A DNA stretch of 64,000 bases from an uncultured Armatimonadetes bacterium (GTDB lineage Bacteria > Armatimonadota > UBA5829 > DTJY01), in contig OY970325.1 of the NCBI GenBank assembly GCA_963717145.1, positions 2,592,001-2,656,000 on the forward strand, given 5' to 3'. Position 1 is the first letter of the stretch. Each line of letters opens with the position of its first letter. The notes below the pieces were generated by a model that searched no databases, was not told the origin of the DNA, and was given only the letters and a program-made list of their open reading frames with translations. Made by a program: the position numbers and the translations under genes. Of the stretch, positions 20,564 through 32,024 are shown piece by piece.

Positions 20564-21199
20564 TCAAGCTACGTTGAGCAGCGTCTTCGCCGAATCCACC
20601 GCGCTGGCAGCGTCGGGAGCATAACCGTCCGCGCCGATCTCGTCGGCATAGTTCTGCGTGACGGGAGCGCCGCCGATCATAACCTTGCATGCGCCGCGAG
20701 CGCCCGCGTCCTTCAGGGCTTTGATCGTCTCGCCCATCGCCGGCATGGTGGTGGTAAGCAGTGCGGAAAGACATACGAGGCCTGCGCCGCCCTTGACGGC
20801 TTCCACATACTGCTCGGGTTTCACGTCGACGCCGAGATCCATGATCTCAAAGCCGGCCCCTTCCATCATCATGGCGACCAGGTTCTTGCCGATGTCATGC
20901 AGGTCGCCCCGGACGGTTCCGATCGCGACTGTGGCCACGGGCTTGACGCCGGCCTTGACCAACTGCGGGCGGAGCACTTCCATCCCGTTCTTCATGGCTC
21001 GAGCGGCAATAAGGACCTCGGGCACGTAGAACTCGTTGTCCTTGAAACGCTGACCCACGACGGCCATTCCTGCAACGAGGCCCTTGGTGAGAACGTTCTG
21101 TGGGCTCTCACCACCAGCCAGCGCCTTCTCGGTCAGTTCCTTGACGACGGGAGCCTTCCCGCTGATCAAAGCACTGGTCAACTCGTCATAGTTGAACAT
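20564..21199 (-). CDS. Methyltransferase corrinoid (B12-binding) protein, MttC/MtbC-like
   Basis: GDLHDIGKNLV, DLGVDV, SALLTTT, VMIGGAPVT; cap domain YVPEVLIAARAM. Confidence 0.92.
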   Translation of the reverse strand: MFNYDELTSALISGKAPVVKELTEKALAGGESPQNVLTKGLVAGMAVVGQRFKDNEFYVPEVLIAARAMKNGMEVLRPQLVKAGVKPVATVAIGTVRGDLHDIGKNLVAMMMEGAGFEIMDLGVDVKPEQYVEAVKGGAGLVCLSALLTTTMPAMGETIKALKDAGARGACKVMIGGAPVTQNYADEIGADGYAPDAASAVDSAKTLLNVA

Positions 21200-21265
21200 C
21201 CAACTACCCCCTGTGTTTGTCTTCCTTGCGCATTCAGGTCTCACGCATCGGCTGTTCCGCCCTCT

Positions 21266-21296
21266 GTTAGTGCCGGAGTTGAACTCCGGCACTAAC
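21266..21296. repeat. Perfect palindrome overlapping the upstream gene stop
   Basis: GTTAGTGCCGGAGTT-G-AACTCCGGCACTAAC. Confidence 0.8.
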
Positions 21297-23154
21297 CGTC
21301 CAGGGCACAGCCGAACATGAGTTCCTCTGAAAACCTATCCTGGAACCCCGGATGAGTCGTCAGCTCGATGTATTCCACCGAGCGAGCGATATCATCCGCT
21401 TCCGAACGCATATCCATCGAGATCAGCGCCAACTTCGCGCCTTCTCCCGCGGCGTTTCCGACCGAACGAATCTTTTCGAGCGGCATTCCCGGCACCAGTC
21501 CGACGGCGACTGCGCTTTCCTTGCGCATGTAGTTGCCGAATGCGCCGGCGAGGACTATGCTCTCCAGGTCATCTTCCGTAACCCCCGCATACTCCATCAG
21601 AGTCCGGATGCCGGTCGCAATCGCGCCCTTCGCCAACTGGACTTCCCGCACATCGCGCTGAGTCACCAGGATCGGCTCTCCATTGGCCGATTCCTCAGAG
21701 GGGACGAGCACGAAGTCGTTGCCCCGCTCGCCCGCCGCGACCCTGTCGCGAAGATGCCCGCAGTCAGCCGGCACCTCGTCCGCGTCTACTATTCGCCCAT
21801 TGGATTCGACAATTCCTGCCTGGCACATGCAAACAATCGCATCGAGCAGCCCGGAACCGCAGATTCCTATCGCTTTGGCATCGCCGACCGTGCTGTACTC
21901 GAGCCGCCCGTCCTCGAACCATACGGCATCGATGGCCCCCGGAGCGGCCCTCATCCCGTAACGAATGTGAGCGCCCTCGAACGCCGGACCCGCAGCGGTC
22001 GAGCATGCCAGCATACGGTCTTTCCATCCTAGCACGATTTCACCATTGGTGCCAATATCCACCGCAAGAATCGGTTTCTCGGAATGATGCAGCCCGGTCG
22101 CAAGAACAACGCCCACCGTATCCGCGCCAACAAATCCAGCGATGTTCGGCAGGACATGTACTTTCCCGAAACGGCTGATTCGCAATCCGGGGTCGCGCGC
22201 ATCGAAGTGCAGGCTGCGGCTGACGGTCGGCACATAGGGCGACACGGCCAGATGCCTGGGATCGATCCCGAGGAAGAGATGACTCATGCACGTGTTGCCG
22301 ACTACGGTCACCTCGTAGAGCGAGTGTCTTCTGACGCCCGCGCTCCGGAGCATCGCGTTGAGCATTCGGTTCAACTCGGCGATGACGTCCTTCTGAAGGC
22401 GGGCGAGCCCCTTCCGCTCCTGCATAGTGTAGTTGATACGGCTGATCACGTCATCGCCGACCTGCGCCTGCGGATTCATCGCGGAGGCAACCGACATCTG
22501 GCGGCCGGTGTTCAGGTCGATCAGATAGCCGGCAATGGTCGTCGTGCCGATATCGAATGCAACGCCGTAAGACTCGCTTGTGGTGTCGCCCGGCTCGATC
22601 CCGAGCAGTCGCCCGGATGAGAAGACACCTGTGACATCGAAGCCCGCGTGGCGGACGTCTCGCCCGATCGTGCGCAGCAGGTTCAAAGGCAGTTGGACGT
22701 CATGCCCGTTGCAGCCGAGGGTGTCCAGTATCCTGCTCGTATCGGACCGGAGGTCGGTTATCGAAGGCTCGGGCACGATTACGTGACACTTCGAGACCCC
22801 CGCTGACAAGGGCACTTTCCGGCTTGCGCCGGTCATGAGCACCTTGGCATCGAGCACGCTGTTATCCTGGAGCAGATGCACGACTGAATCGTGGGCCAGA
22901 ACCGTCTGGCAGCCGAGTCGATATCCGTGAGCGAGTTCCGCTTCCGTGAGCTTGGCGGTCTCAGCCGGTGTGGCGGCGGGCGTTCCCTTCTCAAAGTGCA
23001 CCTTGCACTTCCCGCAGCGGCCCTTGGAGCCGCACGGAAACGCCAGGCGAAGATCGATCATCTCGATCGCCTGGCGGAGAGGTGTGCCCCTGTCGACTGA
23101 TGCCGTCTTGCCGGAGGGGTAGACCGTAATGCTGACGCTGCTATTGGGGTTCAA
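21292..23154 (-). CDS. Reductive activator of corrinoid proteins (RACo/DUF4445, ASKHA) with N-terminal 2Fe-2S domain
   Basis: CGSKGRCGKC..RLGCQ; FDIGTTT, GDDVISRI, GFVGAD, DIGTNGE, AAGPAFEG, GICGSG, LAGAFG, GNAA; TTG start inferred. Confidence 0.9.
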   Translation of the reverse strand: MNPNSSVSITVYPSGKTASVDRGTPLRQAIEMIDLRLAFPCGSKGRCGKCKVHFEKGTPAATPAETAKLTEAELAHGYRLGCQTVLAHDSVVHLLQDNSVLDAKVLMTGASRKVPLSAGVSKCHVIVPEPSITDLRSDTSRILDTLGCNGHDVQLPLNLLRTIGRDVRHAGFDVTGVFSSGRLLGIEPGDTTSESYGVAFDIGTTTIAGYLIDLNTGRQMSVASAMNPQAQVGDDVISRINYTMQERKGLARLQKDVIAELNRMLNAMLRSAGVRRHSLYEVTVVGNTCMSHLFLGIDPRHLAVSPYVPTVSRSLHFDARDPGLRISRFGKVHVLPNIAGFVGADTVGVVLATGLHHSEKPILAVDIGTNGEIVLGWKDRMLACSTAAGPAFEGAHIRYGMRAAPGAIDAVWFEDGRLEYSTVGDAKAIGICGSGLLDAIVCMCQAGIVESNGRIVDADEVPADCGHLRDRVAAGERGNDFVLVPSEESANGEPILVTQRDVREVQLAKGAIATGIRTLMEYAGVTEDDLESIVLAGAFGNYMRKESAVAVGLVPGMPLEKIRSVGNAAGEGAKLALISMDMRSEADDIARSVEYIELTTHPGFQDRFSEELMFGCALDG

Positions 23155-23189
23155 GAGCCTGTAAACTCCGGTTCTGGATAAGCGACGAT

Positions 23190-23254
23190 GTAGTGGCCGT
23201 GCCTCCGTGCCGGCCATTGCATGATGCAGGCCGGCACGGAGGCACGGCCACTAC
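23190..23254. repeat. GTAG-type REP doublet (GTAGTGGCCGTGCCTCCGTGCCGGCC)
   Basis: Inverted pair; same family at 25338-25403, 51328-51392 and a single arm at 58816-58841. Confidence 0.9.
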
Positions 23255-23256
23255 GC

Positions 23257-23604
23257 CTAGAAGTAGCACATATTCTTGGTGGCCGTCTCATTGCCCGGGT
23301 CGCGGCTGAGGACGGCCTCGAACTCCGACTTGGCTTCTTCCATCATGCCAAGCATGCAGTAGGTAAGCGCCAAGTCGTTTCGCGCATCGAGGTTCTCGGG
23401 CTCCAGCTCGACTGCCTTCCGTAACTCGTCGAGCGATTCGTCGAACAGGCCCGAGAAGCCGTAGACGAGCCCCAGTTGCCTGTGAGCCTCGACATGCGCG
23501 CAGTTCTCACAGACGACCGAGAGAAGCTCAGCCGTTGCCTCATCGTAACGGCCTTCGGCCTTTAGCGTTATGCCTCGCTGGAGGTGATCCTCGATCAGGC
23601 CCAT
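23257..23604 (-). CDS. Tetratricopeptide repeat protein
   Basis: AHRQLGLVYGFSG, ARNDLALTYCMLG..EEAKSEFEAVLSRDP. Confidence 0.85.
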   Translation of the reverse strand: MGLIEDHLQRGITLKAEGRYDEATAELLSVVCENCAHVEAHRQLGLVYGFSGLFDESLDELRKAVELEPENLDARNDLALTYCMLGMMEEAKSEFEAVLSRDPGNETATKNMCYF

Positions 23605-23669
23605 CCCCTTGTCCTCGAAACCGGTTGCGCTCTGAGAGATCATTGAATAAGAGTATTGCTCGGAACATA

Positions 23670-23742
23670 GGTATTTCGGGATTTCAAATCCCGAAATACC
23701 GGCACGCATTGGGTATTTCAAGATCTGAAATCCCGAAATACC
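23670..23742. repeat. Doublet of 31-bp palindromes GGTATTTCGGGATTTCAAATCCCGAAATACC
   Basis: Copy 1 23670-23700 perfect; copy 2 23712-23742 degenerate. Confidence 0.85.
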
Positions 23743-23796
23743 GGGCGCATTTCGCACTGGAAAAGGGAGGCCTTCTCCCACGGAGGGCTTGCTTCA

Positions 23797-23825
23797 AGTA
23801 TAGCACTTTTCGGGCTGAATATCAA
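23797..23825 (-). promoter_or_regulatory. Sigma70-type promoter for the TPR-RACo-corrinoid run
   Basis: TTGATA-N17-TATACT with extended -10 TG. Confidence 0.6.
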
Positions 23826-23843
23826 CCCAATCAGGTGCACCGG

Positions 23844-23911
23844 TGTCATTCTGAGCGCAGCAAAGAATCTGTTTTCCCGGGGCCAGATTCTTCGCTGCGC
23901 TCAGAATGACA
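23844..23911. repeat. TGTCATTCTGAGCG palindrome encoding the fmt C-terminus and stop
   Basis: Arms 23844-23871/23884-23911; fmt ends CHSERSEESGPGKTDSLLRSE-stop. Confidence 0.9.
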
Positions 23912-24838
23912 TCCGGCGCTGAATCTTGCTCCCTGGGCAACCTTGTAGCCACGCGCGAAGTCCCCCGCTCCCATCCTCTTGCGGTTCTCCGGCTGCAGCT
24001 CCGAGATCAGCACGACACCCTCGCCCGCACCTACTACGATCTCCCGACTGTCCACACCGAGGACTTCCCCCGGACTGCCCTCACCCGGTTCGGCCTTACA
24101 CGACCAAAGCTTGATAGCCACGCCTTCCAGGAACGTAATCGCGCCCGGTCTCGGAGCGCATCCTCGCACGCGGTTCACTATATCAGCAGCGGGCATATTC
24201 CAGTCAAGCGCGCAGTCATCTTTTTTGATCGATGGAGCATACGAAGCAAGGAATTCGTCCTGCTGCGTCGGAGTAATAGCCCCATCGCCCAAGCCATCGA
24301 GCGTCCGGAGGAGCAGAGGCGCTCCGATCTCGGAGAGGCGCTCCTCGAGAGTTCCCGTGTTGTCCTCCGGCCGGACGTCCAACTCCTCCTGAAGCAGGAT
24401 CGGACCGGTGTCGAGGCCTGGATCCATCAACATCGTCGTAACGCCGGCCTTCGTCTCTCCGTTGAAGAGCGCATAGTGTATCGGCGCGGCCCCACGGTAC
24501 TTCGGCAGGAGTGACGCATGGACATTGATGCTGCCATATCTGGGAATGTCGAGAAGGGTCTTCGGGATGATCTGTCCGAACGCCACCACAACAAATGCAT
24601 CCGGCGACATCGCCCGAACCTGCTCTATGAAATCGTCCGAGCGAACCTTCTCGGGCTGGTAGACCGATATGCCGGCGTCGAGGGCGATCTGCTTGATCGG
24701 CGAGACGTGCATCTCGCGCCCACGACCCTTCGGGCGGTCGGGCTGTGTGACGACTCCGATCACCTCGTGCTGTGATCTGAGCAGCAAATCAAGCGTCGGC
24801 ACGCCGAACCGTCCTGTTCCCACAAACAGGATGCGCAT
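23846..24838 (-). CDS. fmt: Methionyl-tRNA formyltransferase
   Basis: VVTQPDRPKGRG, INVHASLLPKYRGAAPI, GLDTGPI; follows def. Confidence 0.96.
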   Translation of the reverse strand: MRILFVGTGRFGVPTLDLLLRSQHEVIGVVTQPDRPKGRGREMHVSPIKQIALDAGISVYQPEKVRSDDFIEQVRAMSPDAFVVVAFGQIIPKTLLDIPRYGSINVHASLLPKYRGAAPIHYALFNGETKAGVTTMLMDPGLDTGPILLQEELDVRPEDNTGTLEERLSEIGAPLLLRTLDGLGDGAITPTQQDEFLASYAPSIKKDDCALDWNMPAADIVNRVRGCAPRPGAITFLEGVAIKLWSCKAEPGEGSPGEVLGVDSREIVVGAGEGVVLISELQPENRKRMGAGDFARGYKVAQGARFSAGCHSERSEESGPGKTDSLLRSE

Positions 24839-24841
24839 CGG

Positions 24842-25321
24842 CTACTCCTCGGGTTCCTCGTCGGTGATGTATTCGAGGGTATCGGGTTCTACCCGGTCGA
24901 TGAAGAGCTTGCCCTCGAGGTGATCGATCTCATGCTGAAATATGCGCGCGAGGAGTCCTTCGGCCTTGATCTTCACAGTCTTGCCGGTCGCATCCATGCC
25001 CTTGACAACGATCTGCTGCGCGCGCCTGACCTTGCCCTGGAGACCCGGAACGCTCAGGCATCCCTCGGTGCCGACCTGCTCTCCCTCGGCGCTGACGATC
25101 TTGGGGTTGATGAGGATGCCGAGCCCACTGCCGTCATCGTAGACGAGAATCTTTTGGAGAACGCCGACCTGGTTAGCGGCGAGACCGAGACCGTGCTCGG
25201 CTCGCAGGGTGCTGACCATGTCGTCGATCAGCGTCTTGAGCCCACCATCCACCTTTGGGATGGTCTTCGCCTGTTGTCTCAGTATGGGACTTGGATACTT
25301 GACTACGTCACGAGCGGCCAT
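24842..25321 (-). CDS. def: Peptide deformylase
   Basis: GLGLAANQVG, EGCLS, QHEIDHL. Confidence 0.97.
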   Translation of the reverse strand: MAARDVVKYPSPILRQQAKTIPKVDGGLKTLIDDMVSTLRAEHGLGLAANQVGVLQKILVYDDGSGLGILINPKIVSAEGEQVGTEGCLSVPGLQGKVRRAQQIVVKGMDATGKTVKIKAEGLLARIFQHEIDHLEGKLFIDRVEPDTLEYITDEEPEE

Positions 25322-25337
25322 TCTATTCCCTCACACC

Positions 25338-25403
25338 GTAGTGGCCGTGCCTCAGTGCCGGCCTCGCCGCGGTAGCAGGCCGGCACGGAGGCACGGCCAC
25401 TAC
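25338..25403. repeat. GTAG-type REP doublet
   Basis: GTAGTGGCCGTGCCTCAGTGCCGGCC...GGCCGGCACGGAGGCACGGCCACTAC. Confidence 0.9.
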
Positions 25404-25423
25404 TACAGCGGAATTCCGGCGCA

Positions 25424-27848
25424 TTATAGCATGCTCATTGGGTCAACGTCGAGGGACAAGCCTGCTCCACCAAGGCCGTTCTCCTCGATCACTTTGCTGA
25501 CAATGGACTGTATTCTGGCCACTCCCCGGCTCCGGACCACGAGGTGCCACCGAAAGAGTCCTCTGAGACGCGCCAATGGAGCGGGCGCAGGCCCGATCAC
25601 ATCCACACCGGCCGGCGCCGCGTCCCTGAGCAGTTCCGCAAGCCGCTCGACGCGCTCCCTCGCGCTGTCATCGATCGGGTCGCTGGCAGTGATGTTCAGC
25701 AGCCGGGAGAACGGCGGATACCCCAGCTCGCGGCGGTAGACGATCTCCTGGCCGTAGAAGCCGAGGTAGTCCTGCCTGACTGCCGCGCGGACGGCATAGT
25801 GCTCGGGCGAGAACGATTGCACGACCACTTCGCCGGGCAGGTCACCGCGTCCGGCCCGACCGCTCACCTGCGTGAGAAGTTGGAAGGTGCGCTCCGACGA
25901 CCGAAAATCCGGTATGTGGAGCATGGTATCGGCGCTCACGACGCCGACGAGCGTCACATTGTGGAAGTCCAACCCCTTGGCGATCATCTGCGTTCCGACG
26001 AGGATATCCGCCTTGCCATCGCGAAACGCGCCGAGCATCTGACGGAAGGCGTTCTTGCGAGTGGTCGTATCGCTGTCCATGCGAATCACATTCGCCTCGG
26101 GAAAGACTTTGCGCACCTCTTCCTCGACACGTTCCGTGCCGAGCCCGAACTGCTGGATATGGACGCCCTCGCACTCCGGGCAGACGGTCGGAGCGCGTTC
26201 CTCTTCGCCGCAATGATGGCACTTGAGCATCCGGCTCGCCTGGTGGTAGGTAAGGGAGACGTCGCAGTGAGGACATCGAGGAGTGTGTCCGCACGAACGG
26301 CACAGGATGAAAGACGCATAGCCCCGCCGGTTCACAAAGAGTATGGTCTGTTCTTTGCGACCGAGCCGCTCCGCGATCTTCTCGCGCAACTGGCCGCTGA
26401 AGATGCTCCGGCGCCCGGCCTCGAACTCATCCCGCTGATCGAACGAGTGTGACCACCGGCATCGGCCGGTCGTCGATGCGATGGCTGAGGACCGCGAAGT
26501 TGATCTCGCCGGAGGATCCCCGCTGGAAGGTCTCGATCGATGGAGTCGCGCTCCCCAGAATGACACATGCCTCGGCCTTCCTCGCGCGTTCCTCGGCCGC
26601 CGCACGGGCGCTGTACCGGGGGGAGTGATCCTGCTTGTAGGACGACTCGTGCTCCTCGTCCACGACGACCAGCCCGAGTCGGCTCACGGGGGCGAAAACC
26701 GCCGACCGCGCGCCGAGGACTATCCGCGCCTCGCCACTCTCGATCCTGCGCCACTCGTCATGCCGCTCGCCGATGGATAGCCGGCTGTGCAGGACCGCCA
26801 CCTGGTCGCCGAACCTCGACTTGTAGGCCTCCAGGAGATGCGTCGTGAGCGATATCTCCGGCACGAGATTGATGCAGCTTCGTCCCTGCTCCAGCACGGT
26901 GGCGATCGACTGGAGGTAGACCTCCGTCTTCCCGCTGCCAGTGACGCCGTAGAGAAGCGTCGTCTGCGGGGATTCGGCTTCGAGGCCATCGCGGATCATG
27001 GTGATCGCATCGGCCTGCTCCCTGGTTGGATTCCGCGGCTCCGAGCGGACGAGTCCCTCGACCTTGAATGGGTCGCGGCGGACCTGCACTCTCGTCTTCT
27101 CCGCGAGGCCCTTGTCCACCAACCCCTTGACCGGACTCGATGAACTGCCCGTCTTCCGCAGAACCACCGACTGCCGGACCGCATCGCCCGCCTCACGCAG
27201 CTCCTTCAGGATTGCGGCCTGCTTCGGAGCGCGCATGTCCAGCGCCTCGAGCGGTATCTCGTCGAGGTCCTCGGATATCTGCAGCGCCTGGGCCATCAGC
27301 GGTTTGGCTTTCGGAAGCTCGAGGATGCGGGACACCTCGACGACTCCGCGCTCACGGAGCTGCCGAAGGACCGCGCCGAAGCCCCGCATGCGGGTCTTCG
27401 CCCGGAGGATGTCGGGATCGGTCTCACCGCCAAGCGAGATCAGCGCCTCCACCACTTTGCGCTGGTTCGGGGATGCGGATGAGACCTTGTCGGCGTCGAC
27501 CAGCTTGACGATGGTGACGACCGAAGCGCTCATCACCTCCGGAACGATCGCCCGGATGGAGTGACCGAGCGAGGCGACGTACTCCGATGACATCCACTTG
27601 GCAAGGTCGATGAGCGGGCGACTGAGCGTGACGGAATCGGGGATGACCGCGAGGATGCTCTTGATCTCAGCGAGAGGAGGCGCGGTCTGCGTAAGCCCTA
27701 TGACGTAGCCTGTCAACTCGCGGCCGGCGAAGGGGACGGCGACGCACGTCCCCTCGCCTACCGAATCCGCGAGTTCATCCGGGACGCGATAAGTGTAGGG
27801 CTGATCGAGGCCCGGCGCTTCCGCGTCTACGACTACATTAGCATACAA
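25424..27848 (-). CDS. priA: Primosomal protein N'; 1-nt frameshift near 26442
   Basis: GVTGSGKTEVY, DEEH, SATP; after removing one T, PVVTLV joins DQRDEF..NRRGYA, four CxxC, GTQMIAKGLDF, QVSGRAGR. Confidence 0.93.
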
Positions 27849-28993
<1,145 letters not shown>

Positions 28994-28997
<4 letters not shown>

Positions 28998-30217
28998 CTT
29001 CTATCCTCCAAGATTCCTTTGATCGCATCGAGAATCCGACTGGCCGTCTCGGCCTTCGAAAGCTTCGGCAGCTCGATCGCGGTACCATCACTGCCTATGA
29101 TTGTCACCTGGTTCTCGTCAGTGCCGAATCCTATGTCCGCCCTCGAGACGTCATTCGCGACAATCAGGTCCGCGTTCTTCGACCTAAGCTTCTTCCGCGC
29201 ACTCTCGACTACATTATCGGTCTCTGCGGCAAAGGTTACAAGTACTTTATCGTCCTTGCGCTTGCCTAATTCCCCTACGATATCGACCGTCGGCACGAGC
29301 GCCACGGCCATCTCAGCCGCGCTTTTCTTCATCTTGCCGGCCGAAGGTGACTTTGGGGTGTAATCCGCCACAGCCGCCGCCCCTATCACAACTTCCGCGT
29401 CCGGCACACGCGCCATGACCGCGTTCAGCATCTCAGCCGCGGTCTTCACGGGCACGAACTCGACGCCCGCTGGTGCGGGAAGCGACGTCGGCCCCGACAC
29501 GAGGATCACATTCGCGCCTCGATCCCTGGCGGCCTGTGCAATCGCGTATCCCATCTTGCCCGACGAACGATTTCCGATGAACCGCACCGGGTCGATCGGC
29601 TCCTGCGTCGGTCCGGCTGTGACGAGGATCGAGATTCCCTCGAGGTCCTGCGCCCGTCCGAGGCAGCGGACAACCTCCGCGATGATCTCGTGCGCCGATG
29701 CAAGGCGTCCGACGCCGACCTCGCCGCATGCGAGACGCCCCTGTTCCGGGCCGACAAACCGATATCCGAGCGACTCCAGCTTCGTTACGTTCTCCTGGAC
29801 GACGGGGTTCCCCCACATCCGGCAGTTCATCGCCGGAGCGAGGATGACAGGGCACTCCGTCATCGCCATCACGGTCGTCGAAAGCATATCGTCGGCGATC
29901 CCGGAAGCGATCTTGCCGATTATATTGGCAGTCGCGGGTGCGATCAGCATCACGTCGGCACACTCGGCGAGTGCGACGTGCCGGATGTCGATGTGCTCGG
30001 GCTCCTCGAAGAGATCGGTGATCACCTGGTTGTTCGTCAGCGCCCTGAACGTGCCCGGGCCGACGAACCACTTGGCGTGCTCGGTCATGACCACTTGCAC
30101 ATCTGCACCTCGCTTCACGAGCGCACTGCAGATGTCCGCCGCCTTGTAGACGGCGATCCCGCCTGTGACTCCAAGGATGATCTTCTTGCCCGCCAGGACG
30201 TCATCACTCATCGGCAT
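28994..30217 (-). CDS. coaBC: Bifunctional phosphopantothenoylcysteine decarboxylase/synthetase
   Basis: [60 protein letters not shown]. Confidence 0.96.
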
Positions 30218-30260
30218 GCACATTCCTGTCATTCTTCGCTGCGCGCAGAATGACAATCGC

Positions 30261-30872
30261 TCAAGACGGCACGAATATTCTCGCTCGTTCCGCGATGATA
30301 ATCGCATGGAGCGTCCTCACCGCCAACTCGATCTCGTCGTTCACCACCAGGTAATCATACTTCGGAATCTGCTCGATCTCCTTCCGCGCATCGAGAAGCC
30401 GCTTTGTGATTGCCTCCTCGGAATCGGTGTATCGAGCGCGAAGCCGATGCTCCAGCTCCTCGACCGAAGGCGGCGCGATGAATATCATCACGGCCTCCGG
30501 GACTTCCTGCTTGACCAACAGGCCGCCCTGGACGTCGATCTTCAGCACGACATCCTTGTTGACGTGGCGCATCTCCTGCACCCGGCAGAGGGATGAGCCG
30601 TAGAGGTGTCCGTGGACCTGGGCGTATTCCAGGAAGTCGCCACGCTCGGCCATCTGCCGGAACTCGTCCACGGTGACGAAATTGTAGTCGACCCCCGGCT
30701 GCTCGCCGGGACGCGGCTCACGCGTGGTGAATGTAACGGAGCGATGAATATCGTTACAGGATTCGGTGAGGTTCTCGAGGAGCGTATCCTTCCCGACCCC
30801 GGATGGCCCGGACAGGACGATCAGCAGGCTCGGGCGATGCTCCAGCAGGTTCAGATTCTTCGACAGGCTCAC
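30261..30872 (-). CDS. gmk: Guanylate kinase
   Basis: LSGPSGVGKDT, TTREPRPGE..GVDYNF, IDVQG, IFIAPPS; GTG start inferred. Confidence 0.96.
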   Translation of the reverse strand: MSLSKNLNLLEHRPSLLIVLSGPSGVGKDTLLENLTESCNDIHRSVTFTTREPRPGEQPGVDYNFVTVDEFRQMAERGDFLEYAQVHGHLYGSSLCRVQEMRHVNKDVVLKIDVQGGLLVKQEVPEAVMIFIAPPSVEELEHRLRARYTDSEEAITKRLLDARKEIEQIPKYDYLVVNDEIELAVRTLHAIIIAERARIFVPS

Positions 30873-30908
30873 CTTTCGGCCCTCAATCGGATGCTTGATT
30901 GATGTGGG

Positions 30909-30938
30909 ATTATAGCATTCCGAACTCGGGAGTGTCAA
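30909..30938 (-). promoter_or_regulatory. Sigma70 promoter of the gmk operon
   Basis: TTGACA-N18-TATAAT with extended -10 TG. Confidence 0.8.
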
Positions 30939-31022
30939 ACGACCGATTAGATATGGCGGCTCATGGGTAATCTGGTTGGGCCAGGGGCTGCCTTGGTAAA
31001 TCAGGACAACGAGGGTACCGCC

Positions 31023-31826
31023 ATGATACACGTCGTCAGCACGCTGAGCGGGGACAGCAGCCACGCTCATATCGGCCAGCGCCATGCTATCCGGATTGCG
31101 CAGTTGTTTCATGCGAGGCTTCGCGTCGCTCTGATCTGGGAGCCGGAGGTCACCGAGCAGGCTGACACGGGTGGCAGAACCTGGGAAGTCCTCGCAGCCG
31201 ATGAGATGAAGCGGATCTCGCGGGAGTCCGGTGACCCGAGTCTCCGGGTGGAGAGCAGCCTGCGGGGCGAAGGGTTGCACAATGGACTGCTCGCGGAGGC
31301 GCGAGAGACGGACCTCCTCGTGATCGGCATGCCCCGGTGTGCGACGGACGATGACCCTCTATGCAAGGCGATCCGTCAGGACGAGCTGCCGTTGCTCCAG
31401 AAGGCGGAGTGTCTGACCCTGGTCGTGTATGCGGAACCGGCGCCCATCCGGAGCGTGCTGGTGGGCTACCAGGGAGGAACAGCCGGCAAAATGGCCCTTC
31501 GCGCGGCCGGTGAGATCGCACTACTCACCTCAGCGGCGGTGACAGTGCTCAGCGTCGATCGCGCCCCCGACATTGCCGGGCTGCTTACGGCCTCCGCCCA
31601 CCATTACCTCGATGGATATGGAATCCCCGGCATCACCACGATCGAGCGACTGGGAGAGCCTGGCTCCGAGGAGGAGTTGCTCGAAGTCGCCGAGTCCATC
31701 GGAGCGGACTTCGTGGTCGTTGGGGGAGAGCAATACGGCATGCTGACGTGGCTCCGCGCCCGAACCGCTCCCCATCCGGAGGAGATCTCCGCGGCCCTCC
31801 ACAGGCCGGTCTTGATCGCCCGGTAG
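31023..31826 (+). CDS. Universal stress protein (tandem USP domains)
   Basis: DLLVIG, VLVGYQG, ADFVVVG, C-terminal RPVLIAR. Confidence 0.75.
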   Translation: MIHVVSTLSGDSSHAHIGQRHAIRIAQLFHARLRVALIWEPEVTEQADTGGRTWEVLAADEMKRISRESGDPSLRVESSLRGEGLHNGLLAEARETDLLVIGMPRCATDDDPLCKAIRQDELPLLQKAECLTLVVYAEPAPIRSVLVGYQGGTAGKMALRAAGEIALLTSAAVTVLSVDRAPDIAGLLTASAHHYLDGYGIPGITTIERLGEPGSEEELLEVAESIGADFVVVGGEQYGMLTWLRARTAPHPEEISAALHRPVLIAR

Positions 31827-31881
31827 TAGAACAAAGAAGGATCCGCCGCGCGTCGCTCGATGCCTCTGGCCAGGGTGGGCT

Positions 31882-31996
31882 AGCCTCTCGTTATGCCGCC
31901 AGAGCGGCTACTCGAGGAGAACGGGGGGGTTCTATCCCGGGCAGACCACCCAACCGATCTCCTCGAGTAGCCGCTCTGGCGGCATAACGAGAGGCT
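31882..31996. repeat. Long inverted repeat (39-bp arms) between convergent genes
   Basis: AGCCTCTCGTTATGCCGCCAGAGCGGCTACTCGAGGAGA at 31882-31920, reverse complement at 31958-31996. Confidence 0.9.
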
Positions 31997-32024
31997 GACC
32001 CACTCTGCGGAAATGCACCCGGGA

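Noticed and set aside
25424-27848. priA, larC, kef, yfhO, LVIVD and flavoprotein genes as pseudogenes or programmed frameshifts
   Set aside because: Each is repaired by one base, several in homopolymers, with no slippery heptamer or other decay; sequencing error is more likely
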